64,000 nt of DNA from Octopus vulgaris (taxonomy: Eukaryota): positions 70,928,001 to 70,992,000 of the forward strand of contig OX597818.1 of NCBI GenBank assembly GCA_951406725.2, read 5' to 3'. A program made the position numbers and the translations under genes. Positions 51,759-64,000 of this stretch are shown here, in pieces. The notes below the pieces were generated by a model. The model ran no database searches, had not been told where the DNA came from, and saw only the letters and a program-made list of their open reading frames with translations. Positions within the stretch are counted from its first letter, which is position 1. Each line of letters begins with the position of its first letter.

Positions 51759-52599
51759 GTTAGTTCTATTTTTTGAATTCTTCCCTTTAATTTTCTAACA
51801 TGAGTGGAGACTATCTCAAAGTTCAAAAAGGTTCCCTTTTTTTTCTGTAGCTTTATAAATGTTTGATTTCCAAAGAGCTAACCTTCAACTTTTAAATATT
51901 TCCAAAATGAATATAAAATAATGTTTAAATGACTTTTTATATAAAAGGTGTTGGAAGTGGTTATATAAGTATTTATGTAGATGAAAGAAAAATAGCAGAG
52001 ACAAGCAAGGGTTCTGGCAGCATTGTCAGTGGTTAGTAGAACTGCTTTCACAGAGACACGTTTTTGTGATATTTCCCAGCTTTGAACTAAAGTCAAATAA
52101 AAAGCGTTAAACAGTTGCAGACACCAATCATTTCAAAACTAATTGGAGTATTTGGAAATCTTTATTGCAAAGGATATCTTTTCAATTTTCATAGCATATT
52201 TATTTTGTTTGAGGTAAAAACATAATGAATGAGCTTTAAGATAGAAAGCATAGCATCATAGAACCAGATGCAGCCTCAGGCAGGTTTTTATCAAAAAGGT
52301 TAATGAGTTGTTATTAAATTAATAAGCTTCTTCTGACTCTAGGTATGATAATCATGAGAGGTTTGGCAAAGTGGTTGACAACCAGTTATCTAGAACCTGT
52401 AATTTTACATTCTTCAGCTCATCAAACATTTGATTGCATAACAGCTATTGGTATTAGTTTTTGTTTTATTTTAGCAATTGATGATGGAGCAATACTCAAG
52501 GGAAACTGAATAATTGTAAAAACATCCACCAGCAAAATAGAAGTTTAATCAAGAGTTATATTACTATTTTAACAATTATTTTAACAGAACTCTTTAGTT

Positions 52600-53810
52600 T
52601 GAGAAAGGCTGAAAAAGTTAAGTTTCTACTCACAAAAACAAAAGTACTGGGTACCACTGCATATTGTCAAGATTTCCAGGGAGTTCCTCAAGGCAGGAAA
52701 CACAAACAAAGGCAGCAACATCAAACTCCCTCATTCACCAAATGCCACATAGTAGAGGAGGTTTTCAAGTACTGAAAGCGTAGCAAAACTAATGGTGGCA
52801 CCTGAGCATGCCTGCAACTCTCAAGCTGAAACTGCTGAAAGAGCAAAAGAGTTTATCCTTACAAAATTGATGTAGTTCTTCTTGGTAATAAACAAGCAAT
52901 ATATTGATACAAACAAATAGTTTTTAAAAACTCATGAATGCTTTAATATCGATCTCTCCCAGTAGCTTAGCTGTTCCATTGATGCAATCTTCCTGGTGTA
53001 ACATCATTGAACTGCCTCAAGTTGTGCTATTAATTTGGAAGGCAAATATCTTCCATAGAACCAGCATAGTTTCCTGAAAGTTCTCAGAATCCATCTGGCC
53101 ATTCATCTGCACATTGCCACCATCTTTAAACAAGACATTCTTGTTTCATATCAATCCCAGATCATGCACTGTATTTGACTGGAGGATTGCCACTCCTTTT
53201 GTTCCAAAGTGATCTTTGTTGCAGCATATTAGCACAAGCTGACTGATAGTGGAGGGCTTGAAATTTTCCTGCATAAAATTGCATGCTGTTTCCTTCAACC
53301 CATTTATATATGGCATCAAGATCTTTCTGCTGAAGATTAACATTGAAAGGTTTCTTGACTGCTTGTGCTAGTTTTGTATTGTCAGCATAGCTAGAAAGTG
53401 TGGCTGTTTGTGTAACTGATGGCATATCTGAGAGAGCCACGATAAACAGCAGCAGCCCTAAGCCAGTTCCCTGAGGTACTCCACTTGCTATTATTGTCTC
53501 CTTGGAGAGGACCCCATTGGCTGCCACAGCCTGGCTTCTATCTTTTAAGAAATCTGTAACCACTCCTCCAGTTTTCCAACTATGCTGAGTCCTTGTAACT
53601 TGTGGCATCATTCTATGATTAACTTTAACAAGAGCCTTTGCAAAATCAAGGTTTATCACATGTTTGAGCAATTCATTAGTTGTTGCAACATCCAGTTATT
53701 ATGGTTGCAGAAGCTGTGTAAGGTGGCTTCTTCCCGAGCAGAGGGCAAACAGCATATCAGGGAGCAAGTCATTCCATTTCTAAGGGTAATACATTCACGA
53801 AACGATAGTA
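52600..53810 (-). mobile_element. Degenerate CR1-like LINE reverse transcriptase and 3' region
   Basis: LDFAKAL.KV.H, FLKDRSQAV, SGVPQGT.LG.LLF, SYADNTKL and QKDLDAIYKW...NSMQF. Confidence 0.85.
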
Positions 53811-53924
53811 AGATATTTTAAACTTTTAAACCTTTTAAATAATCATACTTTATATATTTATACAACTATAGCTTAATACAATATTATTTTGGATGTATAT
53901 CTTCTCTGATGATTTTTTTATATA

Positions 53925-55381
53925 TCCGTTTTCCATGCTGGCATAGGTTGGACGGTTTGACTGAGGACTGGCAGGCCAGTAGGCTGTACCAGACTCCAAT
54001 CTGATCTGGCAAGGTTTCTACAGCTGGATGCCCTTCCTAATGCCAATCACTCCGAAAGTGTAGTGGGTGCTTTTTACATGCCACCAGCATGGGAGCCAGT
54101 CAGGTAGCACAGGCATCGACTCATCATTAAATAGTGCTTTTTATGTGCCACTAACACGGGTACCAGTCACATGGCACTGGCATTGGTTACAACTACGATT
54201 TCCATTTTCATCTCGATTTTGATTTTGCTCGACTCGGTAGGTCTTCTCAAGTGCTGCATATCACTCGATGACTCAATGGTACTTTAAAATGGACTGGTTA
54301 TGCATCACTGGTATCAGCAATGGCTCTGATCTCACTTTACTTGCCAGGTCTTCTCAAGCACAGCATATCTTCAAAGGTCTTGGTCTCTTGTCATTGCCTC
54401 TGTGTGACCCAGCATTCCAGAGTCATGCTTCACCATCTCATCCCATGTCTTTCGGGGTCTCCCTCTTCTACAGGTTCCCTCCACTGCTAAGGTGTGCCAC
54501 ATCTTCACACAGCTCTCCTCATCCATATACAGCACATGACCATACCATTGCAGTCGTCTCTCTTGCACACCACATCTGATACTTTTTACGTCTAACATTT
54601 CTCTCAGGGCACTTACACCCTGTCATGTATGCACACTGACATTATGCATCCAGCGGAGCATACTAGCTTCAATTCTTGCAAGCCAACACATGTCCTCAAC
54701 AGTTATGGCCCAGGTTTCACTGACATGTAGCATGGCTGTTCCCACACATGCATCATACAGTCTACCTTTCACTCTGAGCGAGTGACCCTTTGTTGCCAGC
54801 AGAGGTAGGAGCTTTCTGAACTTTGCCCAGGCTATTCTTATTCTAGTGGCAACACTCTCAGATACCTCCAATACAGACTTGGTCAGCTAGGTAGAGGAAG
54901 CTATCAAGTACTTCTAGTTTCTCTCCCTGGTATGTGATGGAATCTGTTTTTGTACATCTTCAGTGTTTATTGCCCCTGTGCATCTGCCACACTCAAAAAA
55001 CTACCTTTTCAGTTACCCTTCTTCTGATATTGCTGCACTTCTTATGTGTCCATAGCTAACACTGAGTACATCTTATGGAGTTTGCCTTTTCTACAGATCG
55101 AGTAGGACCATCAACCTGAAGGGGTTTCTGATTTGTCCGCCTTCCTACTTGCTAGGACTTGGGTTTTTGCATGATTGACTCTAAGGCCCTTTGATTCTAG
55201 ACCTTGCTTCCACACTTGAAACTTCATCTCTAGTTCTAGTAGTGACTCAGCTATTAGAGCATAGAGGAGCTCCCAGGGGCAGCCTGTCTTGAATTACTTT
55301 GTTATTGCCTGGAGGACTATGATGAATAAGAGGGGGCTGAGGACTGATCCTTGGTGAACCCCTACTTCTACCTGGAATTCT
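53925..55381 (-). mobile_element. RTE-clade LINE, 5'-truncated (RT C-terminus plus 3'UTR)
   Basis: [46 protein letters not shown] and GRPRKTW, with a contiguous 3'UTR. Confidence 0.9.
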
Positions 55382-55407
55382 TATAAACATTCATATAAAC
55401 ATATATG

Positions 55408-55471
<64 letters not shown>

Positions 55472-55544
55472 TATATACATATATACACACACATATACCT
55501 ATACATACATACATGCATACATGCATACATACATACATTACATT

Positions 55545-55720
55545 ATGGCTGCCCCCTCGTTATCGAGTATGGCCATTGCATGAAGCTTAACTGTTAGTGG
55601 TGCTGTGACTGAATGTGACTTTTTAGCCCAGCTAAAGATCTACAATGTCTTGTGCAAAATTGGCAACTAAGACCTTTACTGGTAATAGCTGGCTGTAGTT
55701 GTAACTGGGCTTCATGTACC
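55545..55720 (-). mobile_element. 3' end of a second RTE/BovB-like LINE (C-terminal C2H2-like motif) within (TACA)n
   Basis: Minus-strand CQFCTRHCRSLAGLKSHIQSQH*, flanked on both sides by TACA repeats. Confidence 0.55.
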
Positions 55721-55750
55721 TTTGCATACATACATACATACATACATACA

Positions 55751-55799
<49 letters not shown>

Positions 55800-56715
55800 C
55801 TCGGGGTGGTTGATGTTAGGAAGGGCACCCACCCATAATAACCATGCCAATACAGACACAGAAGTGTGGAGTAGTCTTCTGCCTGGCCAACTCCTGTCAA
55901 ACCATTCCGCTCTTGCCAGCATGGAAGGTGGTCATTAAGCAATACGAGTGTGTGTGTTAAATGACACAAGTATGGAACACTTACACACACGACTCTGAGA
56001 TTCTGATTTTTGTCATTTAATAAACTTAGTCCACTATTCAATGGATACTCAGATCTACACTCATATGCACAATATGTCTAAAACAAAACATGAAGTTCTT
56101 TATAAGATATTCAGTTACACCATCCTACATGTATTTCATTAACATAACGTGATTATTAGCAATGCAAGTTGTATAATCCAATTGTCCGAGAAGTGTACCA
56201 TTTTAGCAGGATAGATGGAGAAATAGTTGTAAGGTTCATTCTCAGCTGGTCATTCTACTTCCAACAAATAGTAACAACATAGAATGTAAACTAAAACATA
56301 ATACCAAGCCAAGACCCACAACTCATTCTAAAAATAAAAAGTACATAACAGACACAGAAAATTCGTAAACCCCAAAACTGAAATGAAGCTCCACAAGCAG
56401 AGATTATCCAAATAAAGCCTCCTAATAAGCTACCACAAACATCTCAGGGACAAAATATGATAACATATATTAAACAACACTACTCTTATACAAGTAAAGA
56501 GTCGCAATATAGCTTTATAATTAATTATGCACTGAGTGTAATTTTTCCTGTTCATTGTAGCAAACCTTACATGAGTGTACCTGTGTGCTGTAAGGAATAT
56601 AGTGTAAAATATACAATATAATGAAATGCAAGTGTGTCTGAAGTATGATGTAAGAGAGAGAATATTGTTGTGAAATGTAAATATATGAAGTTGTTTTTCT
56701 CTTTAATAATTTTAG

Positions 56716-57027
56716 TTCCACCTGACCCACCACAGATTTTAGAAGCACCAATTGCCGCAGTTATATTAGGAAAACCTACCAATATTACATGTCTTGTGAA
56801 AAATGGGAAACCAGGAGCTAAAATTACGTGGTACCTGGCAGGAAAGTTGATGAATCGGAAATTATATTCAACTGAAATGTTTACTAAACCAAACAAACGA
56901 GTTGATACAAAAGGCAATATAATGTTAATACCTAAAACAGAACATTCTGGAAAACTACTAGAATGCCATGCTATAAATGAAGCTTTACAAAATCCATATG
57001 TGACAAGGGTTACATTAAATGTTCAAT
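56716..57027 (+). CDS. kirre: Kirre/Neph-like gene, Ig domain 2 exon (C2-set-like)
   Basis: tttttctctttaataattttag| acceptor and T|GTAAGT donor, 312 nt, phase 1-1. PPDPPQI...NITCLVKNGKPGAKITWY...HSGKLLECHAINEAL...VTLNVQ matches the Neph/nephrin Ig2 pattern (C...GKP.A.ITW; C.A.N.A). Confidence 0.93.
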
Positions 57028-57959
57028 GTAAGTAGTCTTCTTTTTCTCTCTTCCTTTCTTTGTATTTTAGTATTTAATATGTTTTTATTACTTGCATTAC
57101 AGATTACACTACAGAACAAAAAACTTATGACCATCCCATTTTTTGGTTCTTTTTATCTGTCACAGTGTATCTGGGATTAGAGATGATTTAATTAAAGACA
57201 CTAACGTAGGATTTGAGGGAGGTTTTGGTTGTTATTTCCAGCAGATTATGCAATCACATAGAAGTTCCCTTGTTGGCTCGTTATTACTTTAGTAATGAAG
57301 GCCAGGTCAACAAGAGGATTGACTGTTCAATCACATCAATGCTATGCTGTATAGAGAGCTGACAAGAGACTTAAACAAATCACTAAGTCTACCTTGGTGT
57401 CATGGTTGGAAAGAGCTCATTATTATGATCTGTGGAAGTGAAATTAAAAAAAGTTCACTCTACATGACAAATTATTCAGTGACTCTCAAGTTGACTAAGT
57501 CTCAGACTAGGTTGTCTTTCCATAGAAACGTTACACTGAGGCAGTGACTTAATAATCCAAGTTATAAGTCTGAGCACTATTCTCATCATCGTTCTGTTCC
57601 TATGATCGAATGGATGTCTCAAGTTCTGACAGGCAGTAAGACAAAATCTTCTGTACAGGACAATAAACAAATCCTTGTAACACTTATGAATTGTGCATAT
57701 AAAGAGTCATCATGATCATCACCCTTATCAACATGACCACCGTCAAATCATTTGAGTCAATGAAGGAACGTCTGCATGGTTGTTCAACTTACTAGAAATA
57801 GCAGTCAGATCTCAAATCTCACTTAAATATTACAATTTTAAAAAGAGCACATCAAATAATGTTGTCTTGGGTATATGAAAGAATATATAGACGTGACTAG
57901 AATATTTGATGGTGTGTTTGCTTAATCAGAGTTAATCTGTGACAATGTGTTCATCCCAC

Positions 57960-58250
57960 AAACAATGTAAGTTTTCCTAAAGCACTTGAAGCATTAGATA
58001 TTCTAACATTGATTTTTTGTCAAGTGTACTCTTCAAGATCACTGTACTTCCAAGATGTTTAAATGACCCGACCCATTTGAGTGACATGTTGTTTATCATT
58101 GCATCTGATTCTTGAGTATGTCCTGCCTCAGGCCTTGGTTGGAATAGAACTCCAATCTTCTTGATACTGATAGTCAGTCCAAAAAAGCATAAACTGCTGC
58201 AGAAAACCTCTCAACCATTTCCTGGAATCCCTCAAATGCATAAGAAATCA
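57960..58250 (-). mobile_element. Old RTE/BovB-like RT C-terminal remnant
   Basis: Minus-strand FGLTISIKK and FKHLGSTV motifs. Confidence 0.6.
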
Positions 58251-58648
58251 AAGCACAATAATAATACTTTACAAGGATGAAAAGCAAAGTCTCAGCTGGA
58301 TTTGATTACAGGAATTTAGAACTGAACCCAAATATGGAGACTGGAAGCAGGAACAATTATGATGATAACTGATCCATTGGGAATGAAAAAAAAAACAACA
58401 GGCAGACAGATACATAACCAAAACCCCAAGACTTACAAATAAGTACATTATTCAGAAAATAACACAACTACTACTACTGCTGCTGCTGCTGCTGCACACC
58501 ATACATACATTGTGTCAATCAATTTCAATACAGCAAAAGGAACATAACTAAAACAAAAGAAAGCACATATCCGGCATGTACTTAGCAGTGGAGGGCAATT
58601 ACACAATAACTATAAGATTGTTGAAATAATAATAATAATAATAATAAT

Positions 58649-61600
58649 GATAGAACATTTAAAAGAAAAAATACATCAGGAAAATGTAAATAGAAGCCAC
58701 ACAACAATGCCAAATAATATAAACACTGAAATAGTAAAGCACGAAGACAAACATAACATTTCCAACAAAAACGATGTAAAAAAAAAACAACAAACCCAGA
58801 CTGTAAGGATGCATAATTATGCACGACAAGCAGCAAGCCAAAACACAACAGACAAACATACGGATGAGAAAGAAAGCGACACAAATCTAAAACCTGGAAA
58901 TAACGAAGGGGAGCCTAATGATTATGATAATATAAAAAGTAGAATAATCAAAGAACTGAAAACCACAGAGCTCAAAATGGACAACCAACCATACCTCCTA
59001 AAAATCAAAATAGACAAAAAAACAACATCAATTATAAATCGCATAAATCTAGCCATCACGGAACTGGTAGCCACTGAAACAAATAGCAATATCACTGAGC
59101 TAAATGACTTAGTATATGCAGCAGCCACTTCAGCCACAAAAGAAGCTGGATACTCACTCAAACCCATCCAAACAGGAGTACCACCATCCAAACAAACCCT
59201 GAGGATAAATAACATCCCCCCAAAAATACAAAAAATGAGAAAAGATCTGTCGATTCCTAATGAAATCAGTAGACAATCAACGCTACTGAGCAACAAAAAG
59301 AAAACAAAAATACTGTGCAAATACAACATCACAGAAAAAGATTTACCTGAGATAAAAGAAAAGCTAAAGCAAGATATCCTTGCCAAAGCAAAAAGGATCC
59401 GCCGGTATGAGAAACGCCAACGTTTCTTTGAACAAAACAAGCAGTTCAACTCCAACCCCAAAAAAGTTCTACCAAGAACTTGGCAAAAATAAAATAGACA
59501 TCACTGCAGCACCTACGGCAGAAAAAGTGGAAGAATTCTGGAAAGACATATGGTCGGCGAATGAACAACCAAAAAAAAGGACTATTAAAACAACAAACTT
59601 AGCATCTGAGCAATGTTGGACTCCCATAACAACTGAAGAGGTCACCCAGGCACTGCAAAGACTAAGCAACTGGAAGGCACCTGGGCATGACAAGATCCCA
59701 ACTTCTGGTTGAAATATCTGACTGGAATGCACAAAAAGCTGACTGAAAACTTTAACAACATACTGGCAGAACCAGAGACAATGCCTGAATGGCTCATGAA
59801 GGGGAAAGCCATCTTAATTCCCAAATCCAATGAGACAGCAAAACCAGAAAACTGCAGGCCTATAACCTGTCTCCCTACCATGTACAAAGCATTTACTGCA
59901 GTAATATCACAAAGATTGAACAAGCACCTGGACGAAAACAACTTGTTTCCAGAAAAGCAGAAAGGATGCCGCAACTGCTCATATGGCTGTAAAGATCAAC
60001 TAATGATCAATAAAGCCATAACTGAAGACAGCTACAGAAAGAAGAAAGGCCTCAGTATGGCCTGGATCGACTACAGAAAGGCGTTTGATAGCATCCCCCA
60101 CACATGGATCCTCGAAACACTAGCCTTTAACAAAGTAGCACCAACAATTATAAAATACATAGAATACTCTATGAATAAATGGCAGACAGTGCTACAGCTC
60201 CAAACAAAAGAAGGACTCTTGAAAACCAGAGCCATCCCCATTAGAAGAGGAATATTCCAGGGAGACACGCTCTCTCGACTCCTTTTCTGTTTGGCACTGT
60301 CACCTCTATCTGATATAAATGCTACAGCAAAACGATCAACCACCTTTTATATATGGATGACCTAAAACTATACGCTACAAATGACAAACAGCTGGAAACA
60401 CTACTAAAGACAATTCATGGATTTACCAAAGAAATAGATATGAAATTTGGATCAGAAAAATGCACCAAAATAACCCTGAAAAGAGGAAAACTAGTTAAGA
60501 GTAGCAACATCACAGAAGATAAAGCCAACGAAATAAGAGAATGAGACCAAAGCCAAACTTACAAATATTTAGGAATCCATGAACTAGATAAGACACAACA
60601 CACACAAATGAAAGAGAAACTAAAAAAAGAATATTATAGACGAGTTAGATCAATACTAAAAACAGAGCTCAATGCTAAAAACAAGATAATAGCTATTAAC
60701 ACTTTAGCTGTCCCAGTTATAAGTTACAGCTACAATATCCTTAACTGGACGCTAAATAAACTAACCAAAATAGATAGGAAAACAAGAAAAATAATGACAG
60801 GATCTAGGATGCTCACCCAAAATCTGACATAGAAAGGCTATATATACAACGTATAGAAGGTGGTAGAGGCCTTATAAAGCTGGAAAACTGTTATAAAATA
60901 ACCACCATAGGACTGCAAAAATACCTTCTTCTGAAGCAAGGAAAACTGATACAAATAGTGGCAAAACACAAGCAAAACAAAAAACTGTTCTCAGTATTTA
61001 AGGAAGCTGACAAATACAAACAAGAAATCATACCACCTAACAAATATGAAGAAGAAGAAGAAGAAGAAGAAGAAGAAGAAGAAGAAGAAGAAGAAGAAGA
61101 AGATGATGATGATGAAGAAACAACAAAAGCTATAAAACAAATGAAATCCATACTAAAAATAGAACAGCAAAGAACCATGATAAAACGATGGTAAATATTG
61201 GACTAAACTAAACGCAAAAGAAATAGACAAAGAAAAATCCCAGCAGTGGTTGAGAAGCTCAAGACTCAAAGCAGAGACAGAGGGATTTTTAATTGCAGCA
61301 CAAGACCAAAGCCTCCCCACCAGAAATTACCAAAAGCATGTAATGAAAAGAAATATAACAAGTAACTGCAGAATATATGGAGATGGACAAGAAACAATAA
61401 ATCATATTATCTCTGGTTGCCCAGTCCTGGCTAAAAAGGAATATATTCACAGACATGACAGAGTTGGAACCTACATACATTGGAAGCTATGCCAACATTA
61501 TGGAATAACAACAGAAAAAAGATGGTATAGGCACACACCAAAAAAAGGTCACAGAACACGAGAAAGCAACCATACTCTGGGATATTCCAATACACACAGA

Positions 61601-62028
61601 TAGAGAAATTAAGGCTAACAGACCAGATATAGTTGTCAGAGATCATGAAGAAAAATAATGCTTTCTAATTGATGTATCAATACCAGCAGATGACAACGTG
61701 TCTCTAAAAGAAATGGAGACACTTTCAAAATACAAAGACCTGGAAATAGAGGTAACCAGAATGTGGAATCTAAAAACAGAAACAATTCCTATCATAGTGG
61801 GTTCATTAGGCATGATAAAAAAATATTCAGACAAATACATAACAAAAACACCAGGACTTACAAACACATATAACATACAGAAAATTGCACTACTAGGCAC
61901 AGCACACATCCTACGCAGAACACTTTCAATACAATAACCATCAGAGCATCACAACAAATCACAGCACATACCCAAGGCACACAGAGCTGTGCTCGGTAGT
62001 GAAGCACGATATAAAAATAAAAGTACTG
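58649..62028 (+). mobile_element. Near-complete R4/Dong-clade non-LTR retrotransposon (RT, CCHC knuckle, REL endonuclease), inactivated, inserted in (AAT)n
   Basis: NWKAPGHDKI, RPITCLPTMYK, QKGCR...GCKDQLMI, AWIDYRKAFDSIPH, GIFQGDTLS, HLLYMDDLKLYA, GGRGL, ETEGFLIAAQDQ, CRIYG..ETINHIISGC, RHDRV, ANRPDIVV..LIDV and KYKDL. Flanked by (AAT)8 at 58625-58648 and (AAT)5 at 62029-62043. Multiple frameshifts and stops. Confidence 0.93.
61048..61118 (+). repeat. (GAA)n(GAT)n tract inside the R4/Dong ORF (poly-E/D)
   Basis: Direct reading; in frame with the flanking element peptide. Confidence 0.95.
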
Positions 62029-62145
62029 AATAATAATAATAATGTCACAAGAGAAGGCACCACTTGAAACCTTTAGTGATTTGTTATTGGTTGCTTTCAA
62101 GTAAAGAATAACCAGTAACTAAGAACTATCCGAGAGTCTGTCAGA

Positions 62146-62193
62146 ATAACAATAATAATAATAATTATGATAATAATAATAATAATAATAATG

Positions 62194-62227
<34 letters not shown>

Positions 62228-62290
62228 TAATAAAAATGATGATGATGATGACAATGATGATGGTGATGGTGATGATGATGATTATTAATT
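62146..62290. repeat. (TAA)n/(TGA)n compound microsatellite
   Basis: Direct reading. Confidence 0.95.
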
Positions 62291-62398
62291 ATATTATTAG
62301 TCATAAGGGCTTATATAAAACAACATTAAATGACATGCAGCAACATAAAATCAAAAATGGGACAATACAATGGGTTTTTTCAGCATGTAAACAATAAA

Positions 62399-63797
62399 TC
62401 ATCATCATCATCATCGTTTAACGTCCGCTTTCCATGCTAGCATGGGTTGGACGATTTTAACTGAGGGCTGGCAAACCAGATGGCTGCACTAGGCTCCAAT
62501 CTTGATTTGGCAGAGTCTCTACAGCTGGATGCCATTCCTAATGCCAACCACTCCGAGAGTATAGTGGGTGCTTTTTACATGCCACCGGCATGGGGGCCAG
62601 TCAGGCAGTACTGGCAACGAGCTCGCTCAAATCCTTTTACACATGCCCCCCGGCACAGATGCCAGTAAGGTGACTTTGGTAATGATCACACTCAAATGGT
62701 GCCCTTTTACGTGCCACTGGCACAGAAGCCAGTTGGCTGCTCTAGCAATGATCACGCTCGGATGGTGCTCTTGGCACCCTGCTAGCACGGGCACAAGTGC
62801 CAGTAAGGCGACGCTGCTAACGATCACGCTCAAATGGTGCCCTTTAAGTGTCACTGACACAGAAGCCGGTTAGCTGCTCTGTCAACGATCACACTCGTAT
62901 GGTGCTCTTTGCACCCTGCTACCATGGACACCAGTCATCGAATTTGATTTTGATTTTGCTTTTGATTGATTTGATTTCGCTTGCCTCAACAGGTCTTCGC
63001 AAGCAGAGTTTTAGGAAAAGGTACGCATAAGTGGGCTGGTTACGCCCCTGGCATAGGTCATGAGATTATGGTTTCATTTGGCTTGCTGGGTCTTCTCATG
63101 CATGGCATATTTCCAAAGGTCTCGGTCACTAGTCATTACCTTGGTGAGGCCTAAAGTTCGAAGGTCATGCTTCACCACTTCATCCCAGCTCTTCCTGGGT
63201 CTACCTCTTCCACAGATTCCCTCAACCGCTAGGGTGTGGCACTTTTTCACACAGCTGTCCTCGTCCATTCTTGCCACATGACCATACCAGAGCATGCATC
63301 TCTCTTGCACACCACATCTGATGCTTCTTAGGTCCAACTTACATTCTGTCGAGTATGCACACTGACATTACACATCCATCAGATCATACTGGCTTCATTT
63401 CTTGTGAGCTTACGCATGTCCTCAGCAGTCACAGCCCATGTTTCACTGCCATGTAGCATGACTGTTTGTACACATGCGTCATACAGTCTACCTTTTACTC
63501 TGAGCGAGAGGCCCTTTGTCACCAGCAGAGGTAAGAGCTCTCTGAACTTTGCCCAAGCTATTCTTGTTCTAGCAGCTATACTTTCAGTGCATCCACCTCC
63601 GCTACTGACTTGGTCACCTAGGTAACAGAAGCTATCAACTACTTCTAGTTTTTCTCCCTGGAATGTGGCAGAAGTTGGTCTCTGCACATTTTCAGTGTTT
63701 ATTGCTCCCAAGCATCTGCCACATACAAAAACTTTCTTCCCAGTTAGCCTCCCTTTGATATTACTGCACCTCTTATGTGTCCATTGGTTACACTGGG
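62399..63797 (-). mobile_element. RTE-clade LINE 3' portion with complete 3'UTR and (ATG)n tail
   Basis: CTQCNQWTHKRCS-like Cys region, FCYLGD, IAWAKFRELLPLL, LHGSETWA, WYGHVARM and GRGRPRKSW; 3'UTR with ~60-bp subrepeats; (CAT)n at 62399-62414. Confidence 0.93.
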
Positions 63798-64000
63798 TAA
63801 AAATTAAACAAATTAAAACTCCCAATAGGGAAGCACTCTAAGGTCCTCGTGGAAAAACCCACAAAAGCTATGGCTGCCTGATCAACAGGGCAAAAGCCCT
63901 TCTCCTTTAATTCCTTTTTTTACCGGTTTATGAGCAGAATTGGTCCTTTCACACTGGCCTTTCTTCCAACATTCACCCACCTTTCAACAAACTTGCTAGA

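Noticed and set aside
55594-55690. C2H2 zinc-finger gene exon
   Set aside because: A single finger followed by a stop and a short tail inside a TACA repeat fits an RTE/BovB-like ORF C-terminus better than a host ZNF gene.
58922-59461. 179-aa minus-strand ORF
   Set aside because: Antisense shadow of the A-rich R4/Dong ORF.

Overview
AT-rich, microsatellite-dense eukaryotic genomic DNA. The repeat landscape suggests a coleoid cephalopod (Octopus-like), which is inference only. The one host gene I can support is a + strand Kirre/Roughest/Neph (KIRREL)-family immunoglobulin-superfamily adhesion gene. Four coding exons splice in phase 1 into one uninterrupted frame: signal peptide 40260-40365, Ig1 split over 49955-50146 and 51636-51758, and Ig2 56716-57027. 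The gene runs on past the window. A probable 5'UTR exon at 30409-30491 carries a spliced uORF, and a possible promoter/first exon lies near 1.0-1.7 kb. The rest is intronic or intergenic sequence filled with decayed transposons: RTE-clade LINEs and their (CAT)n-tailed 3' ends, a near-complete R4/Dong-type REL retrotransposon in an (AAT)n tract plus older relatives, CR1/L2- and Tx1-like fragments, tRNA-derived SINEs, Chapaev3-like and Tc1/mariner DNA transposons, a Helitron-like element nested in a Tc1/mariner, and several long palindromes, two with degenerate hammerhead-ribozyme cores. I found no prokaryote-type system such as CRISPR or an operon, and nothing I can call a clearly new biological system. 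Most listed short ORFs are microsatellite or TE artefacts.
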